A stretch of DNA of 64,000 nt from an uncultured Candidatus Saccharibacteria bacterium (GTDB lineage Bacteria > Patescibacteriota > Saccharimonadia > Saccharimonadales > Saccharimonadaceae): contig CAUQKK010000003.1 in NCBI GenBank assembly GCA_963519005.1, forward strand, positions 42,628-106,627, read 5' to 3'. Shown in pieces: positions 1 to 9,339 of the stretch (within the stretch, counting starts at the first letter, position 1; each line of letters begins with the position of its first letter). Under the pieces are notes generated by a model, which saw only the letters and a program-made list of their open reading frames with translations, made no database searches and was not told where the DNA came from. Both the position numbers and the translations under genes were made by a program.

Positions 1-1
1 G

Positions 2-403
2 AAAGATCTGCGTCATGCGGTAGAGGAGGTTGTTGGAGCTCTGGGCAATGTAGAGCTGCTGCCACGCCACCGCCGCCAGCAGCAAGGCCGCTACCAAGGC
101 CACAATGATCGTATTGATAATCACCCGCCGGCGCGACACCTGGACGGGATGTTTGAACTTGCGTCCACCAGCCAATATCTCTTCGCGGTGCGCCGCTACC
201 GTCTCGTTGGTAATGCGCTCGAACTTCTTGGGAGTGTTGGGGTTGGCTGTGCTGATCTCTGTTGTGGCAGATTTACCTGCTTTCTTGCCCTTTCGCTGCG
301 GCTTGAGTGCTGCGAGGCGATCTTTCAGACCAGCGGCTGGGGCAGTTGATGTAGACTGAGCGCCGTAGCGGCTGCGTTTGGGTTTTTTGCTTGGTAATTT
401 CAT
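2..403 (-). CDS. N-terminal part of a membrane-anchored protein, probably SurA/PrsA-like foldase; runs off the window edge
   Basis: Not in the ORF track. ATG at 403-401 overlaps the upstream stop (ATGA). Open to the window edge: MKLPSKKPKRSR...RITNETVAAHREEILAGGRKFKHP, then a TM segment (VIINTIIVALVAALLLAAVAW). Product call is by recalled resemblance only. Confidence 0.6.
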   Translation of the reverse strand, partial: MKLPSKKPKRSRYGAQSTSTAPAAGLKDRLAALKPQRKGKKAGKSATTEISTANPNTPKKFERITNETVAAHREEILAGGRKFKHPVQVSRRRVIINTIIVALVAALLLAAVAWQQLYIAQSSNNLLYRMTQIF

Positions 404-915
404 GGTGATACTCCTGCTGCTTGTGCTGCACGCTCCGCCTCGCTGACGGCATCTTGCAGCTGATTGTAGATCTGCTCGGGATGATCGACATTGCGGATGA
501 TGAGATCGCCCACAAATGTTTGGATCACAATCGTACCAAAATGAAACACCTCACCCGAGAATCCTGGTATATTATAGCTGATATTTTGAATTTTTGCCAA
601 GCTCAGCTCCACCACATCGGTACCAAAAAATCCTTTTTGCGTCACTTGGCGGATACGCTGGTTGGTCACGATGTAGTAGGTGTAGCGCCACATCAAAAAA
701 TGATAGCAAAAGCCAACAAGCCCGAGCCCAAGCCCCACCACTGGCAAGAGAAACAGCTCCAGTGTGTCTTGCCAGATCAGTGGTGGAATAGCCCCCACCG
801 CCAGCGGCACCAGCAGCATATAAAACCCCTTGCGCATGGCAATAATATGCCGCCGAAAGACAAACAGCAGCTCCTCACCCTCGCGCTGCCCATTAAATGC
901 CTTGGTCTGTGCCAT
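400..915 (-). CDS. PH-domain (bPH_2/DUF304-like) membrane protein
   Basis: Two TM helices followed by YIVTNQRI...GFF...IQNISY...FHFGTIVIQT, typical of bacterial PH domains. Confidence 0.75.
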   Translation of the reverse strand: MAQTKAFNGQREGEELLFVFRRHIIAMRKGFYMLLVPLAVGAIPPLIWQDTLELFLLPVVGLGLGLVGFCYHFLMWRYTYYIVTNQRIRQVTQKGFFGTDVVELSLAKIQNISYNIPGFSGEVFHFGTIVIQTFVGDLIIRNVDHPEQIYNQLQDAVSEAERAAQAAGVSP

Positions 916-1147
916 TATTCCCTGCCTTTTTGTGTGAATGATTGTTATGCTTTTCTTGCTGTCTATTGTAGCACGAACTCACCTCCACTTGGGTGCCAAA
1001 CCTAGCTGCCGGCTGTTATAGGGCGCTCGCTGGACAAGAAAATATCTGGAGGCCAGCGACCAAGCAAGCGGACAAACTCTGTGATATATTCTGGCCGGAA
1101 CATTTTCGGTCTAGTGAGTGCCCTATAGCAGCACTATCCTTGCTACA

Positions 1148-1199
1148 TCTCACGCTCACCCTCCCCACACCCCATCGGATGAAGTGATGGGAGTAGAGC
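1148..1199 (+). repeat. Short form of dispersed structured repeat (copy A)
   Basis: TCTCACGCTCACCCTCCCCACACCCCATCGGATGAAGTG matches both ends of the long copy at 2142-2290, lacking the internal ~95 bp. Confidence 0.85.
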
Positions 1200-1301
1200 A
1201 AACGCAGAAGAAGCAAAAGCTTCAATTATTCACCCCCTTGACACCACCCCACAATCCCCGCGTATAATAAAAACCATGACAATACTACGGAGCATTTGCA
1301 T

Positions 1302-1715
1302 ATGGTGACGGCAGGACGATTTATCCACAAGCGCCGCACTACTGCTGGTGCCGGAGCGCCACCGGTGCCACCGCCGCACCACCCACCAGCTGCGCCACCA
1401 CCGCCAAAGGTACCAACGCCAGTGGCCGTCGACCCCACCGAGCCAATCGCACCACCCGACTGGCAGCGTCGCCTTGGCCATGGCATCGTGCGAGCGCTCT
1501 GCATACTTGCGGCGGGAGCGCTTGGTTGGCTCTGCTACCTCTGTTGGACGAGTGGTGGCACACGCGCTATGCCAGCCGACTTCATGGCTTGGGTCGTCTC
1601 ATTCGCCCTCTTCTCCTCCACCATCATGTTCGTCGGCGCTGCCTGCAGCCGCTGGGAGGATATGTCCGACTGGGTGCGCTGGGCAGCTGAGGCAGTTGGC
1701 GGGTTTGGGCGGTAA
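1302..1715 (+). CDS. Hypothetical membrane protein with Pro-rich N-terminus and two TM helices
   Basis: TTGACA (1238) and TATAAT (1263) upstream, GGAG at 1289, ATG at 1302, downstream hairpin at 1765-1797. Confidence 0.6.
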   Translation: MVTAGRFIHKRRTTAGAGAPPVPPPHHPPAAPPPPKVPTPVAVDPTEPIAPPDWQRRLGHGIVRALCILAAGALGWLCYLCWTSGGTRAMPADFMAWVVSFALFSSTIMFVGAACSRWEDMSDWVRWAAEAVGGFGR

Positions 1716-1764
1716 TAAAAGCCTTACGTTTCTGTGCTTACCATCACAAGATACTCAAGCAAAA

Positions 1765-1797
1765 CAAAAAACTCGCCGTTACCTCGGCGAGTTTTTG
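1765..1797. terminator. Bidirectional intrinsic terminator
   Basis: CAAAAAACTCGCCG-ttacct-CGGCGAGTTTTTG between the convergent ORF and tRNA. Confidence 0.75.
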
Positions 1798-1859
1798 CTA
1801 GAGCAAGTCAGCACACTCTAGCATGCCATAATACTACACGACTAATTTAATATAAATCT

Positions 1860-1936
1860 TGGTACCCCGGATAGGAGTCGAACCTACAACCTTCTCCTTA
1901 GGACGGAGCCGCTCTATCCAGTTGAGCTACCAGGGC
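1860..1936 (-). tRNA. tRNA-Arg (anticodon CCT)
   Basis: Reverse complement GCCCTGGTAGCTCAACTGGATAGAGCGGCTCCGTCCTAAGGAGAAGGTTGTAGGTTCGACTCCTATCCGGGGTACCA folds as a cloverleaf with TTCGA T-loop and encoded CCA; TGCTATACT -10 just upstream. Confidence 0.95.
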
Positions 1937-2141
1937 ATGGGTATAGTATAGCATGCCATTTACTCTGAAGTGAACTGTGCTAGACAACAAAAAAGCCGAG
2001 GCATGGACACTTATCCGACCCCGACTATGGTGCACTCTTATACTATCATAAATGGCTATAGAGAATCAGACTTTCTCTCATGAGATTGTCACAAGATTCA
2101 AGAATCAAGCATAATTCAATAGTCAATGCAGCTTCACTACC

Positions 2142-2290
2142 TCTCACGCTCACCCTCCCCACACTCCCTCCTCCGGAACACTGTAAGGGTCGACATTCGC
2201 TGGATGTCGACCTCTTGACGCCAGGGCTGAAAACCGGTCATTACGACCGGTTTTCACACTCCATCGGATGAAGTGTGGGAGAGTGAGCTA
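2142..2290 (+). repeat. Long form of dispersed structured repeat (copy B), directly downstream of pilC
   Basis: Outer stem GCTCAC..CACACT / AGTGTG..GTGAGC; inner hairpins GGTCGACAT..ATGTCGACC (2188-2212) and TGAAAACCGGTC..GACCGGTTTTCA (2228-2256); near-identical inverted copy at 11853-12000. Confidence 0.9.
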
Positions 2291-2331
2291 GCACAGAGAA
2301 AACGAAGCATTCAATATTCTGGCTACAAGCA

Positions 2332-3540
2332 CTACGTCAGCTGGCCCACCAAACTATATATCGGGAAGAGGATGGCTGCCACCATGCCACCAGCCACGAT
2401 GGCGAGGACGACCATGAGCACAGGTTCAATGGCGGTGGAGATGTTGCGGATCTCTTCGTCTAGCTCGTCTTCGTAGACTTGGGCGGTCTTACCCATCATT
2501 TCGTCGATCTTGCCCGACTGCTCGCCAATCTTGATCATCTGCGGCACCATTGGCAAGATATAATCCTCGCGGCTCAGCGAGACAGACAGTGCTCGCCCCC
2601 CCTTGACCTTCTCGGCAGTCCGGCGGATAGAAGCCTCGATAATCGTATTATTAACCCCTGTCGCGGTAATGTCGAGCATGTCAAGCATAGGCACACCGGT
2701 CGCAAGCAGCGTCTGGCCAGTGCGAGTAAAGCGCGCCATGTAGAGCTTGCGAAACATACTACCGACGAAGGGCATGTTGAGCTTAAGTGTGTCGAAAGTG
2801 CGTGTGCCGGGGCCTGTCTTGGCGTATTGGCGGGTAAAGTAGATAGCACCCACCAGCAAGATCAGCTCCGCCCACCAAAAGCTTGCGGTAAACTTCGCCA
2901 CAGCGATTAGTGCCGCAGTGAGGAATGGCAGCGTCTTGTGCATGTCGCTATATAGCTTCTCAACCTGTGGTACCACCACGAGCAGCATAAAGAGCATCAC
3001 TCCCATGATCACCGCCAAGACGATGGCTGGGTACGTCATGGCACCGCGAATCTTGCTCACCATGGCGGCATCCTTTTCCTGCTGGGAGGCAACCCGCTTG
3101 AGCGCTTGATCGAGCGTACCAGAGGCCTCACCTGCAGTCACGAGCGATAGATAGATTTTGTCGAAGATCTCGGGATGTTTACCAAAGGAGTCCGATAGCT
3201 GCCGACCACCCTCAACATCGGCAATGATTTCTTGGATAATCTCTTGTAACTTCTTGTTCTCTGTCTGCTCAAGCACCGTACGAAGGCTCTGCGACAGAGG
3301 TAGCCCCGCACCGATTAGTGTTGCGAGCTGACGAGTAAAGACCACTTTGTCTTTGGTTGTCACACGACGCGTCAGGCCACCAAAGAGCCCACCACTCTCA
3401 TCGACTTCTTTGATGTCGAGCGGAACGAAGCCTTGCTCAGTCAAAACGCGTGCCGCCGCCATCTCAGACTCGGCCTGGACGATAGATTTGATGATGGTGT
3501 CAGTCGCTTTGTCGCGTGCTTCGTAGTTGAACTTTCGCAT
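2332..3540 (-). CDS. pilC: Type IV pilus platform protein PilC (T2SS F family)
   Basis: FTRQLATLIGAGLPL, AGEASGTL, IGEQSGKIDEM, IEP motifs; two T2SSF repeats. Confidence 0.95.
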   Translation of the reverse strand: MRKFNYEARDKATDTIIKSIVQAESEMAAARVLTEQGFVPLDIKEVDESGGLFGGLTRRVTTKDKVVFTRQLATLIGAGLPLSQSLRTVLEQTENKKLQEIIQEIIADVEGGRQLSDSFGKHPEIFDKIYLSLVTAGEASGTLDQALKRVASQQEKDAAMVSKIRGAMTYPAIVLAVIMGVMLFMLLVVVPQVEKLYSDMHKTLPFLTAALIAVAKFTASFWWAELILLVGAIYFTRQYAKTGPGTRTFDTLKLNMPFVGSMFRKLYMARFTRTGQTLLATGVPMLDMLDITATGVNNTIIEASIRRTAEKVKGGRALSVSLSREDYILPMVPQMIKIGEQSGKIDEMMGKTAQVYEDELDEEIRNISTAIEPVLMVVLAIVAGGMVAAILFPIYSLVGQLT

Positions 3541-3543
3541 CAA

Positions 3544-4614
3544 TTATCCTCTCATTAAGCGCTCAAATTCGGTGAGGTCAACCGCAAACTCGCGGGCGCT
3601 ATCATATGTCACGGTGCCACTCTGGACCAGACTCACCAGTGTTCGATCCATCGTCTGCATACCTTGGTCTGCTCCAGTCTGGATGATGGCATCAAGCTGG
3701 TGGCTCTTGCCCTCGCGGATGACGTTGCGCACCGCTGGGTTGGCCACCAAGACCTCAGCGGCCACCACTCGCCCACCACCGATGGCTGGCACGAGGCGCT
3801 GGCTACAGATTGCCATCAAGATATTGGCCAGCTGAGCTCGAATCTGTGGCTGCTGGTGCGGCGGGAAGACGTCGATCATGCGGTCGATACTCTGTGCTGC
3901 ACTATTGGTGTGCAAGGTAGCAAACACCAAGTGGCCTGTCTCAGCAATAGTGATGGCAGCACTGATCGTCTCAAGATCGCGCATCTCACCAATCAGCACG
4001 ACATCTGGGTCTTGGCGTAGACTGGAGCGCAGCGCAGCGCTAAAAGAGTAGGTATCATAGTGCACTTCGCGCTGCACGACCACCGAGCGCTTACTCTTGT
4101 GGGTAAACTCAATCGGGTCTTCGATGGTGATGATGTGGTGCGACTTCTCAGTGTTGATCTTATCAATCAAAGCAGCAAGGGTGGTCGACTTACCACTGCC
4201 GGTCGGGCCCGTCACCAACACTAGGCCACGCGGGAAGTCGGCGAAGGTCATGACGACGGGTGGCATACCGAGCTCGGTCACAGACTTGATTTCGTTCGGG
4301 ATCAAGCGCAGCGCAGCCGCCAAGTTGCCCCGCTCATGAAAGGCATTCACCCGGAAGCGCCCAAGATTACCAAAGGCAAAGCTAAAGTCGAACTCTTTGT
4401 CCTTCATCAGCACCTGCTGCTGGTCTTGGTCGAGAATGGCAAAAACAAGCCGCTCCACCTGCGCTTCGTCCAGTGGGCCAAAGCCCGCCACAGGGGTCAG
4501 CGCACCATCAATGCGCAGCATGGGGGGTAGCCCCACCTGAATGTGCAAGTCTGAGGCGCGGCGGCGCACCACATCCTCGAGCAGGACTTCTATGCGTAAT
4601 TCTCTATTTTCCAT
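3544..4614 (-). CDS. pilT: Type IV pilus retraction ATPase PilT
   Basis: GPTGSGKSTT Walker A, TIEDPIE, LRQDPDVVLIGEMRD, TLHTNSA, AVRNVIRE (AIRNLIRE motif). Confidence 0.96.
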   Translation of the reverse strand: MENRELRIEVLLEDVVRRRASDLHIQVGLPPMLRIDGALTPVAGFGPLDEAQVERLVFAILDQDQQQVLMKDKEFDFSFAFGNLGRFRVNAFHERGNLAAALRLIPNEIKSVTELGMPPVVMTFADFPRGLVLVTGPTGSGKSTTLAALIDKINTEKSHHIITIEDPIEFTHKSKRSVVVQREVHYDTYSFSAALRSSLRQDPDVVLIGEMRDLETISAAITIAETGHLVFATLHTNSAAQSIDRMIDVFPPHQQPQIRAQLANILMAICSQRLVPAIGGGRVVAAEVLVANPAVRNVIREGKSHQLDAIIQTGADQGMQTMDRTLVSLVQSGTVTYDSAREFAVDLTEFERLMRG

Positions 4615-4634
4615 GGTAGTTATTGGTTCCTTTC

Positions 4635-6398
4635 TTATGCTATGTCTGATGTGACACGGTTGACTTCCTCCAGGGTGGTAATCCCTTGCAGCGCCTTGAG
4701 GTAGCCATCTTGGCGCATCGTGATCATCCCTTGCTCGATGGCTTTCTTCTGGATCTCGGTACTCGACGCTCGAGCGGTAATGAGCTGCTGGATCTCCTCC
4801 GTCACTTCCATCACCTCAAAGAGTCCGGCTCGGCCACTGTAGCCCCGTGGTGTGTTGGCGGTATCGCGCCCACGTACTAAGCGGTAGGATTTTTGACCAG
4901 CTAGCGGCAAGTCACTATAGCCAAGGTCGGCCGAGATTTTGGCTGCTTCTGCCTTGGTCTTGGGTAAGAGATGTCCTACGGTGCTGAGGATCATCTCTGT
5001 CTCAAGCGGGTTAGACCAATAATTCTCGTGCTGGGGCCCAATCCGGCGTACCAAGCGCTGGCCAATGATGGTATTAACGGTGCTAGCAATGAGGAATGGC
5101 TCGATATGCATATCGAGCAAGCGCGGCAACACTCCCGCTGCTGAGTTGGTGTGGAGCGTACTAAAGACAAGGTGACCCGTCAATGCTGCCTGAACGGCGA
5201 GGTTGGCCGTCTCGTTGTCGCGGATTTCCCCCACCATCACCACATCAGGGTCTTGGCGGAGAATACTGCGCAGACCATTAGCAAAGGTAAGACCAACGTC
5301 ACTATTAACCTGGATCTGGTTGACTCCCTCCATTTTATATTCCACGGGGTCTTCCAATGTGACGATGTTAATGGTATCGTCCTTAATTTCTTTAATCAGT
5401 GCATAGAGGCTGGTCGACTTACCGCTACCAGTCGGGCCACTGGTGAGGATCATCCCATTGGGGCGGTGGATCCCCTGGCGAATGAGCCGGAGGGCGCGCC
5501 CAGCATAGCCCATCTGCTCGAGCTCGAAGGATGTGCCAGTCTTATCCAGCAAGCGAATCACCACCTGCTCGCCCCACACCACTGGGCTAATGGCAATACG
5601 GAGATCAACTTCCTTATCTGCCACCTTAACGGCAAACTGCCCATCCTGCGGGATACGGTGTTCATCGATCTTCAACTCAGACAGGATCTTGATCCGACTC
5701 ACTAGTGCTGGCTCGATACTCTTAGGTAGTTGCATAACTTCGCGCAGCACACCATCGACACGGCAGCGAATCTTGAGCGACTTCTCGAGCGGCTCAATGT
5801 GGATATCGCTCGCACGGCTCTTTACGGCGTATTCAAGGATAGTACTTAGGGCGCGGCTAATTGGTGAGTCTTGGACGATTGTCTTGATATCGCCCCGAGC
5901 TTCAGCGGCTGCCTCGGCCTGCGACACTTGAGCGGCCACGTTCACGCTACTGAGGTCGGTACGGTACTGCTCGAGCACATGACGCACCCCAGCCTCCGAC
6001 GCCATAAAGACCTTGAGTGGGCGCTGGACGCGGTTAGCAAGGTAATCGACCGCCTGGACGTTGTTGGCATCAATCATCGCCACCGCCAAGCGGTTCTGCA
6101 CCTCAGCTAGTGGTACTGCCATGAAACGCTCGGCAATATCCGATGGCAAAAGCGTGAGGATGTCTTGGTCGACAATTGTATTGGTGAGATTGACATACGG
6201 CACACCAGACACATGGGCAATCGCTCGGGTAAGCAGCTCGTTATCGATCGCTGACTCATCAGTTAGCACAGTCAACAATGGTCGGCCACTTTCGCGCGCC
6301 AGCTTAGTAGCATCATCAAGGCGCTGGCGCGTGATCAGCCCTTCGTCGACGAGGAGTGTGGTGAGTTTTTCTTGCATATCACTTGTCATCAGTGCCAC
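4635..6398 (-). CDS. pilB: Type IV pilus assembly ATPase PilB (GspE family)
   Basis: ASDIHIEP, GPTGSGKSTS, TLEDPVEY, LRQDPDVVMVGEIRD; N-terminal T2SSE_N region. Confidence 0.95.
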   Translation of the reverse strand: MALMTSDMQEKLTTLLVDEGLITRQRLDDATKLARESGRPLLTVLTDESAIDNELLTRAIAHVSGVPYVNLTNTIVDQDILTLLPSDIAERFMAVPLAEVQNRLAVAMIDANNVQAVDYLANRVQRPLKVFMASEAGVRHVLEQYRTDLSSVNVAAQVSQAEAAAEARGDIKTIVQDSPISRALSTILEYAVKSRASDIHIEPLEKSLKIRCRVDGVLREVMQLPKSIEPALVSRIKILSELKIDEHRIPQDGQFAVKVADKEVDLRIAISPVVWGEQVVIRLLDKTGTSFELEQMGYAGRALRLIRQGIHRPNGMILTSGPTGSGKSTSLYALIKEIKDDTINIVTLEDPVEYKMEGVNQIQVNSDVGLTFANGLRSILRQDPDVVMVGEIRDNETANLAVQAALTGHLVFSTLHTNSAAGVLPRLLDMHIEPFLIASTVNTIIGQRLVRRIGPQHENYWSNPLETEMILSTVGHLLPKTKAEAAKISADLGYSDLPLAGQKSYRLVRGRDTANTPRGYSGRAGLFEVMEVTEEIQQLITARASSTEIQKKAIEQGMITMRQDGYLKALQGITTLEEVNRVTSDIA

Positions 6399-6410
6399 AC
6401 GCTACCTCTG

Positions 6411-6641
6411 TTATTTCTGCTGCGACTGCCCAATGATCGTTTCGACCGCTGGGTTGATCGCCTCCTTATTAAACACTGCACTGTCTGGTTCATCAATCGT
6501 ATCCGAGAGCTTCTCGACCGTCTCTACCTTGGTGCCACGTTGCGGCATTTGCAAGAATGGGATACTACTGGCCACAAAAAACGCCACCACTACTGATATA
6601 CTAGCGATCAAGATAATCATTGCGATGTCGGTCTTCTTCAT
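6411..6641 (-). CDS. Small single-TM pilus-operon protein (occupies the PilP position)
   Basis: ATG overlaps the pilO stop; N-terminal TM; C-terminal FNKEAINP. Confidence 0.75.
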   Translation of the reverse strand: MKKTDIAMIILIASISVVVAFFVASSIPFLQMPQRGTKVETVEKLSDTIDEPDSAVFNKEAINPAVETIIGQSQQK

Positions 6642-7321
6642 GGTTTGATGTCCTTTTTCTTTAGCTCAATGGTTTTGGCTGGTGAGTAGTAGGCATGAGC
6701 CGAGATCTTCATGGCGACTTTGCTGTCGGTCCGCTCAATGGTCATACGGTCAATCTCGATCACGCGGATGGAGCGCTCAAAGCGCTGCAAAAGCTCGCGC
6801 AGAGCATTGGGGTTACTGGCCGATACCTCCATAGTGAAGTGGATGGACTGCAAGTTGCCATTGCTAGCGGCTGCACCAGTGCTATTTGATGACTCGCTGT
6901 CGTCCGTTTGGTCGATATTAAGCGAATCGAGTGACACTCCTGCCACGCCATTGACCAGCTTAGACTGGAGCGAAGCCCCCAACGCGAGAGCGTTATCCTC
7001 CGCTGGCAGAGCATCAAGCACCACCTGGAGAGCCTTCTCATCGTTGTTGATGCGGCTGGCATTGAGGTGCGAGTTGGTCTCGAGCACCTTCAGCTCGCCG
7101 CGTAGCTTCTCGACTGCGTCGTTGTTGTTCTTGAGTACGGCAGCGGTATTATTTTTCTCGCCAAGCACCCGCTCTTTAAAGATAATTTGCTGCACCAAAA
7201 ACCACGATATCACCAGTGCGAAACCCACAATTACTGAGGCTCCAGCCACCCAGAGGAACATCACTCGGCTGGATTGCTCGATCTGTTGGCGCTTGTGGAT
7301 GGCGGCGTCTTTCTTACTCAT
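6638..7321 (-). CDS. pilO: PilO-like pilus alignment protein
   Basis: TM, coiled coil and C-terminal LQRFERSIRVIEID ferredoxin-like region; follows pilN. Confidence 0.8.
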   Translation of the reverse strand: MSKKDAAIHKRQQIEQSSRVMFLWVAGASVIVGFALVISWFLVQQIIFKERVLGEKNNTAAVLKNNNDAVEKLRGELKVLETNSHLNASRINNDEKALQVVLDALPAEDNALALGASLQSKLVNGVAGVSLDSLNIDQTDDSESSNSTGAAASNGNLQSIHFTMEVSASNPNALRELLQRFERSIRVIEIDRMTIERTDSKVAMKISAHAYYSPAKTIELKKKDIKP

Positions 7322-8047
7322 TTAGTTCTTCTCCTTGTTGGTCGCCTTGGGCGTAAAGAGGCTATCGGGCACATGCAAGCGCGAGTCGGTCACATTAGTA
7401 CTACCAGTTGGGGCTTCGATGCGCAAATTCTTAGAGCTATTAGAGAGAAGCTCCTTGGGGTAGGTAAAGGTCAGCTTGAAGCGCAGCACCTTAGCCCCAC
7501 TGGCGTCCTCGCCATAGCTGGTATCACTCACCGTCACATCGTCAGCCAGCTTGACGGTCTGGACACGGTTATCGCCATCAGTGTAGCTCAGCTTGGTGTT
7601 GAGGATCATTTTCTTGAGTTTGTCTGTCGCCTCAAAGCTGTTGGCTGCCGACCCCTCAATGGAGAGCTTCGTCTCAGACGGATCGAGACTGACGGTCGAC
7701 ATCTTCACATCATTGGGCGCAGCAGGGTTGATGGCACTGAGCACATCGAAGATACGCGAGTCAATACTCTTGTCCTTGTGCATCGAGGAGAGCTGAGCTA
7801 GTTGGTTTTGGATGGTGACAATCTGATTGGCATCTTTAACACTACTAATCTTGCCGTACTGGTCTTTGATCTCGTTGTCGGTCAGCCACTCGCGAGCGCT
7901 CTGCGTACCAACATACACCACTAGCAGCGCCACCGCTGCACCAGCGATGATACTTACGAGAATGGAGAGCGATATCACGCCATTGCGCATGCGCTGGGCA
8001 TGCAGGTATTCGCGCTTGACATCGGGGATGAGGTTAATCTCTATCAT
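7322..8047 (-). CDS. pilN: PilN-like pilus alignment protein
   Basis: N-terminal INLIP PilM-binding motif, then TM and coiled coil. Confidence 0.88.
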   Translation of the reverse strand: MIEINLIPDVKREYLHAQRMRNGVISLSILVSIIAGAAVALLVVYVGTQSAREWLTDNEIKDQYGKISSVKDANQIVTIQNQLAQLSSMHKDKSIDSRIFDVLSAINPAAPNDVKMSTVSLDPSETKLSIEGSAANSFEATDKLKKMILNTKLSYTDGDNRVQTVKLADDVTVSDTSYGEDASGAKVLRFKLTFTYPKELLSNSSKNLRIEAPTGSTNVTDSRLHVPDSLFTPKATNKEKN

Positions 8048-9096
8048 GCGTCGTTCCTCCGTTTTGCGAGGCCGACTGCTGTGGCAAACTCTGGTGCGAC
8101 GTTAGCCAATTGTTCTTGGCTCGTCTGCGGCATATGGATACCCTGCCAGGGGTTACCGGGGGCGGTCGGAACCTCTACCTTGGCCGCAACATACTCGCTG
8201 AGGTGCGGGATCATCTCGCCAAAGCCCGTCAGTGTAATGCTCGACACCTGGGCACTGGCGTAGCGCGTCTGGAAGAATTTGATTGATTTAATAAGCTCGC
8301 TCGCAAAGTTATCCAGCGCACCCTCAATAGCACGCACCACCTGCCCATCGAGCTTATCCTCCGCCAGGCCAAACTTGAGAATGAACTGCCGAGCTTGGTC
8401 TTCCTGAACGCTGAGGTTTTGTACTGCCGACTTGACGAGGCTGCTGACACCAGACGGAATAGTCCGAACAAGGCGCGGTGCCCCACCGTAGATAATGGCG
8501 AGGTCAGTCGAGAGTTCACCAATGTCGATCAACATCACTGCGGCGCCATGTGCCGCTTGCTGCGGCGGTGCAAAGGCCCGCACCATCGCAATTGGGTCGG
8601 GCTCGATAGCAATCACATTCAGTCCGAGACCCTCGATAAACTCAAGCTGATCCTCACTATATCCCTTCGATACACTGCTAATCAGCACCTCTTGCTGATC
8701 GCTCGCGTGGAGCGACGACCCCAGCAGCACCCAATCTACCTTGGCATCATCCGCCATCGGCACATATTGGTCAATCTGGTATTTCATCGTGGCGCGCAGC
8801 TCAGCATCGGAAACTTGCGGCACATCGACCACTGTTGTAAAGGTCTTGTTGGAAGGGAGGCCAATCGCAACATTCTTCGTCTTGATACCACTCTGACCCA
8901 CGGCAGTCATAATAACTTCGCCCAGGCGACGGCGCGACTCTGGTGCATCGCTGCTAGTAATACGGCGGTCAACGGGCGCATAGCCATGTGCTACGAGCTC
9001 CCACTCGTCGCCAGCTGGTGCTAGCTGCAAAACCCGCACGGCATTGGTACCGATATCGAGTGCAAAGAAATCGCCCGACCCTTTTTGAAACTTCAT
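8044..9096 (-). CDS. pilM: Type IV pilus assembly protein PilM (actin-like)
   Basis: ALDIGTNAVR, LIDIGELST, LTGFG, FATAVGLA motifs. Start taken at the second ATG (9096), 8 nt after TATAAT; 9102 is the alternative. Confidence 0.93.
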   Translation of the reverse strand: MKFQKGSGDFFALDIGTNAVRVLQLAPAGDEWELVAHGYAPVDRRITSSDAPESRRRLGEVIMTAVGQSGIKTKNVAIGLPSNKTFTTVVDVPQVSDAELRATMKYQIDQYVPMADDAKVDWVLLGSSLHASDQQEVLISSVSKGYSEDQLEFIEGLGLNVIAIEPDPIAMVRAFAPPQQAAHGAAVMLIDIGELSTDLAIIYGGAPRLVRTIPSGVSSLVKSAVQNLSVQEDQARQFILKFGLAEDKLDGQVVRAIEGALDNFASELIKSIKFFQTRYASAQVSSITLTGFGEMIPHLSEYVAAKVEVPTAPGNPWQGIHMPQTSQEQLANVAPEFATAVGLAKRRNDA

Positions 9097-9339
9097 ACTC
9101 ATCTATTATACATAAGCGACATTGGTTTAGGCAAGGGGGTTAGTGGAGGAAAATATGCCAAACGTGCACTGCAAAACTTCCTACCCGCCTCACCCTTATC
9201 AGGATATTAGCGGATCGATATCTCACATGTCGATCGCGCGTTGATGCTCATATGTTATGTGCCGAATCTCACGCTCTCCACTATTTCTCGACATAATGCA
9301 AAGAAAGATAAAGAGTTCTTAACCATGACTACACCTGAG

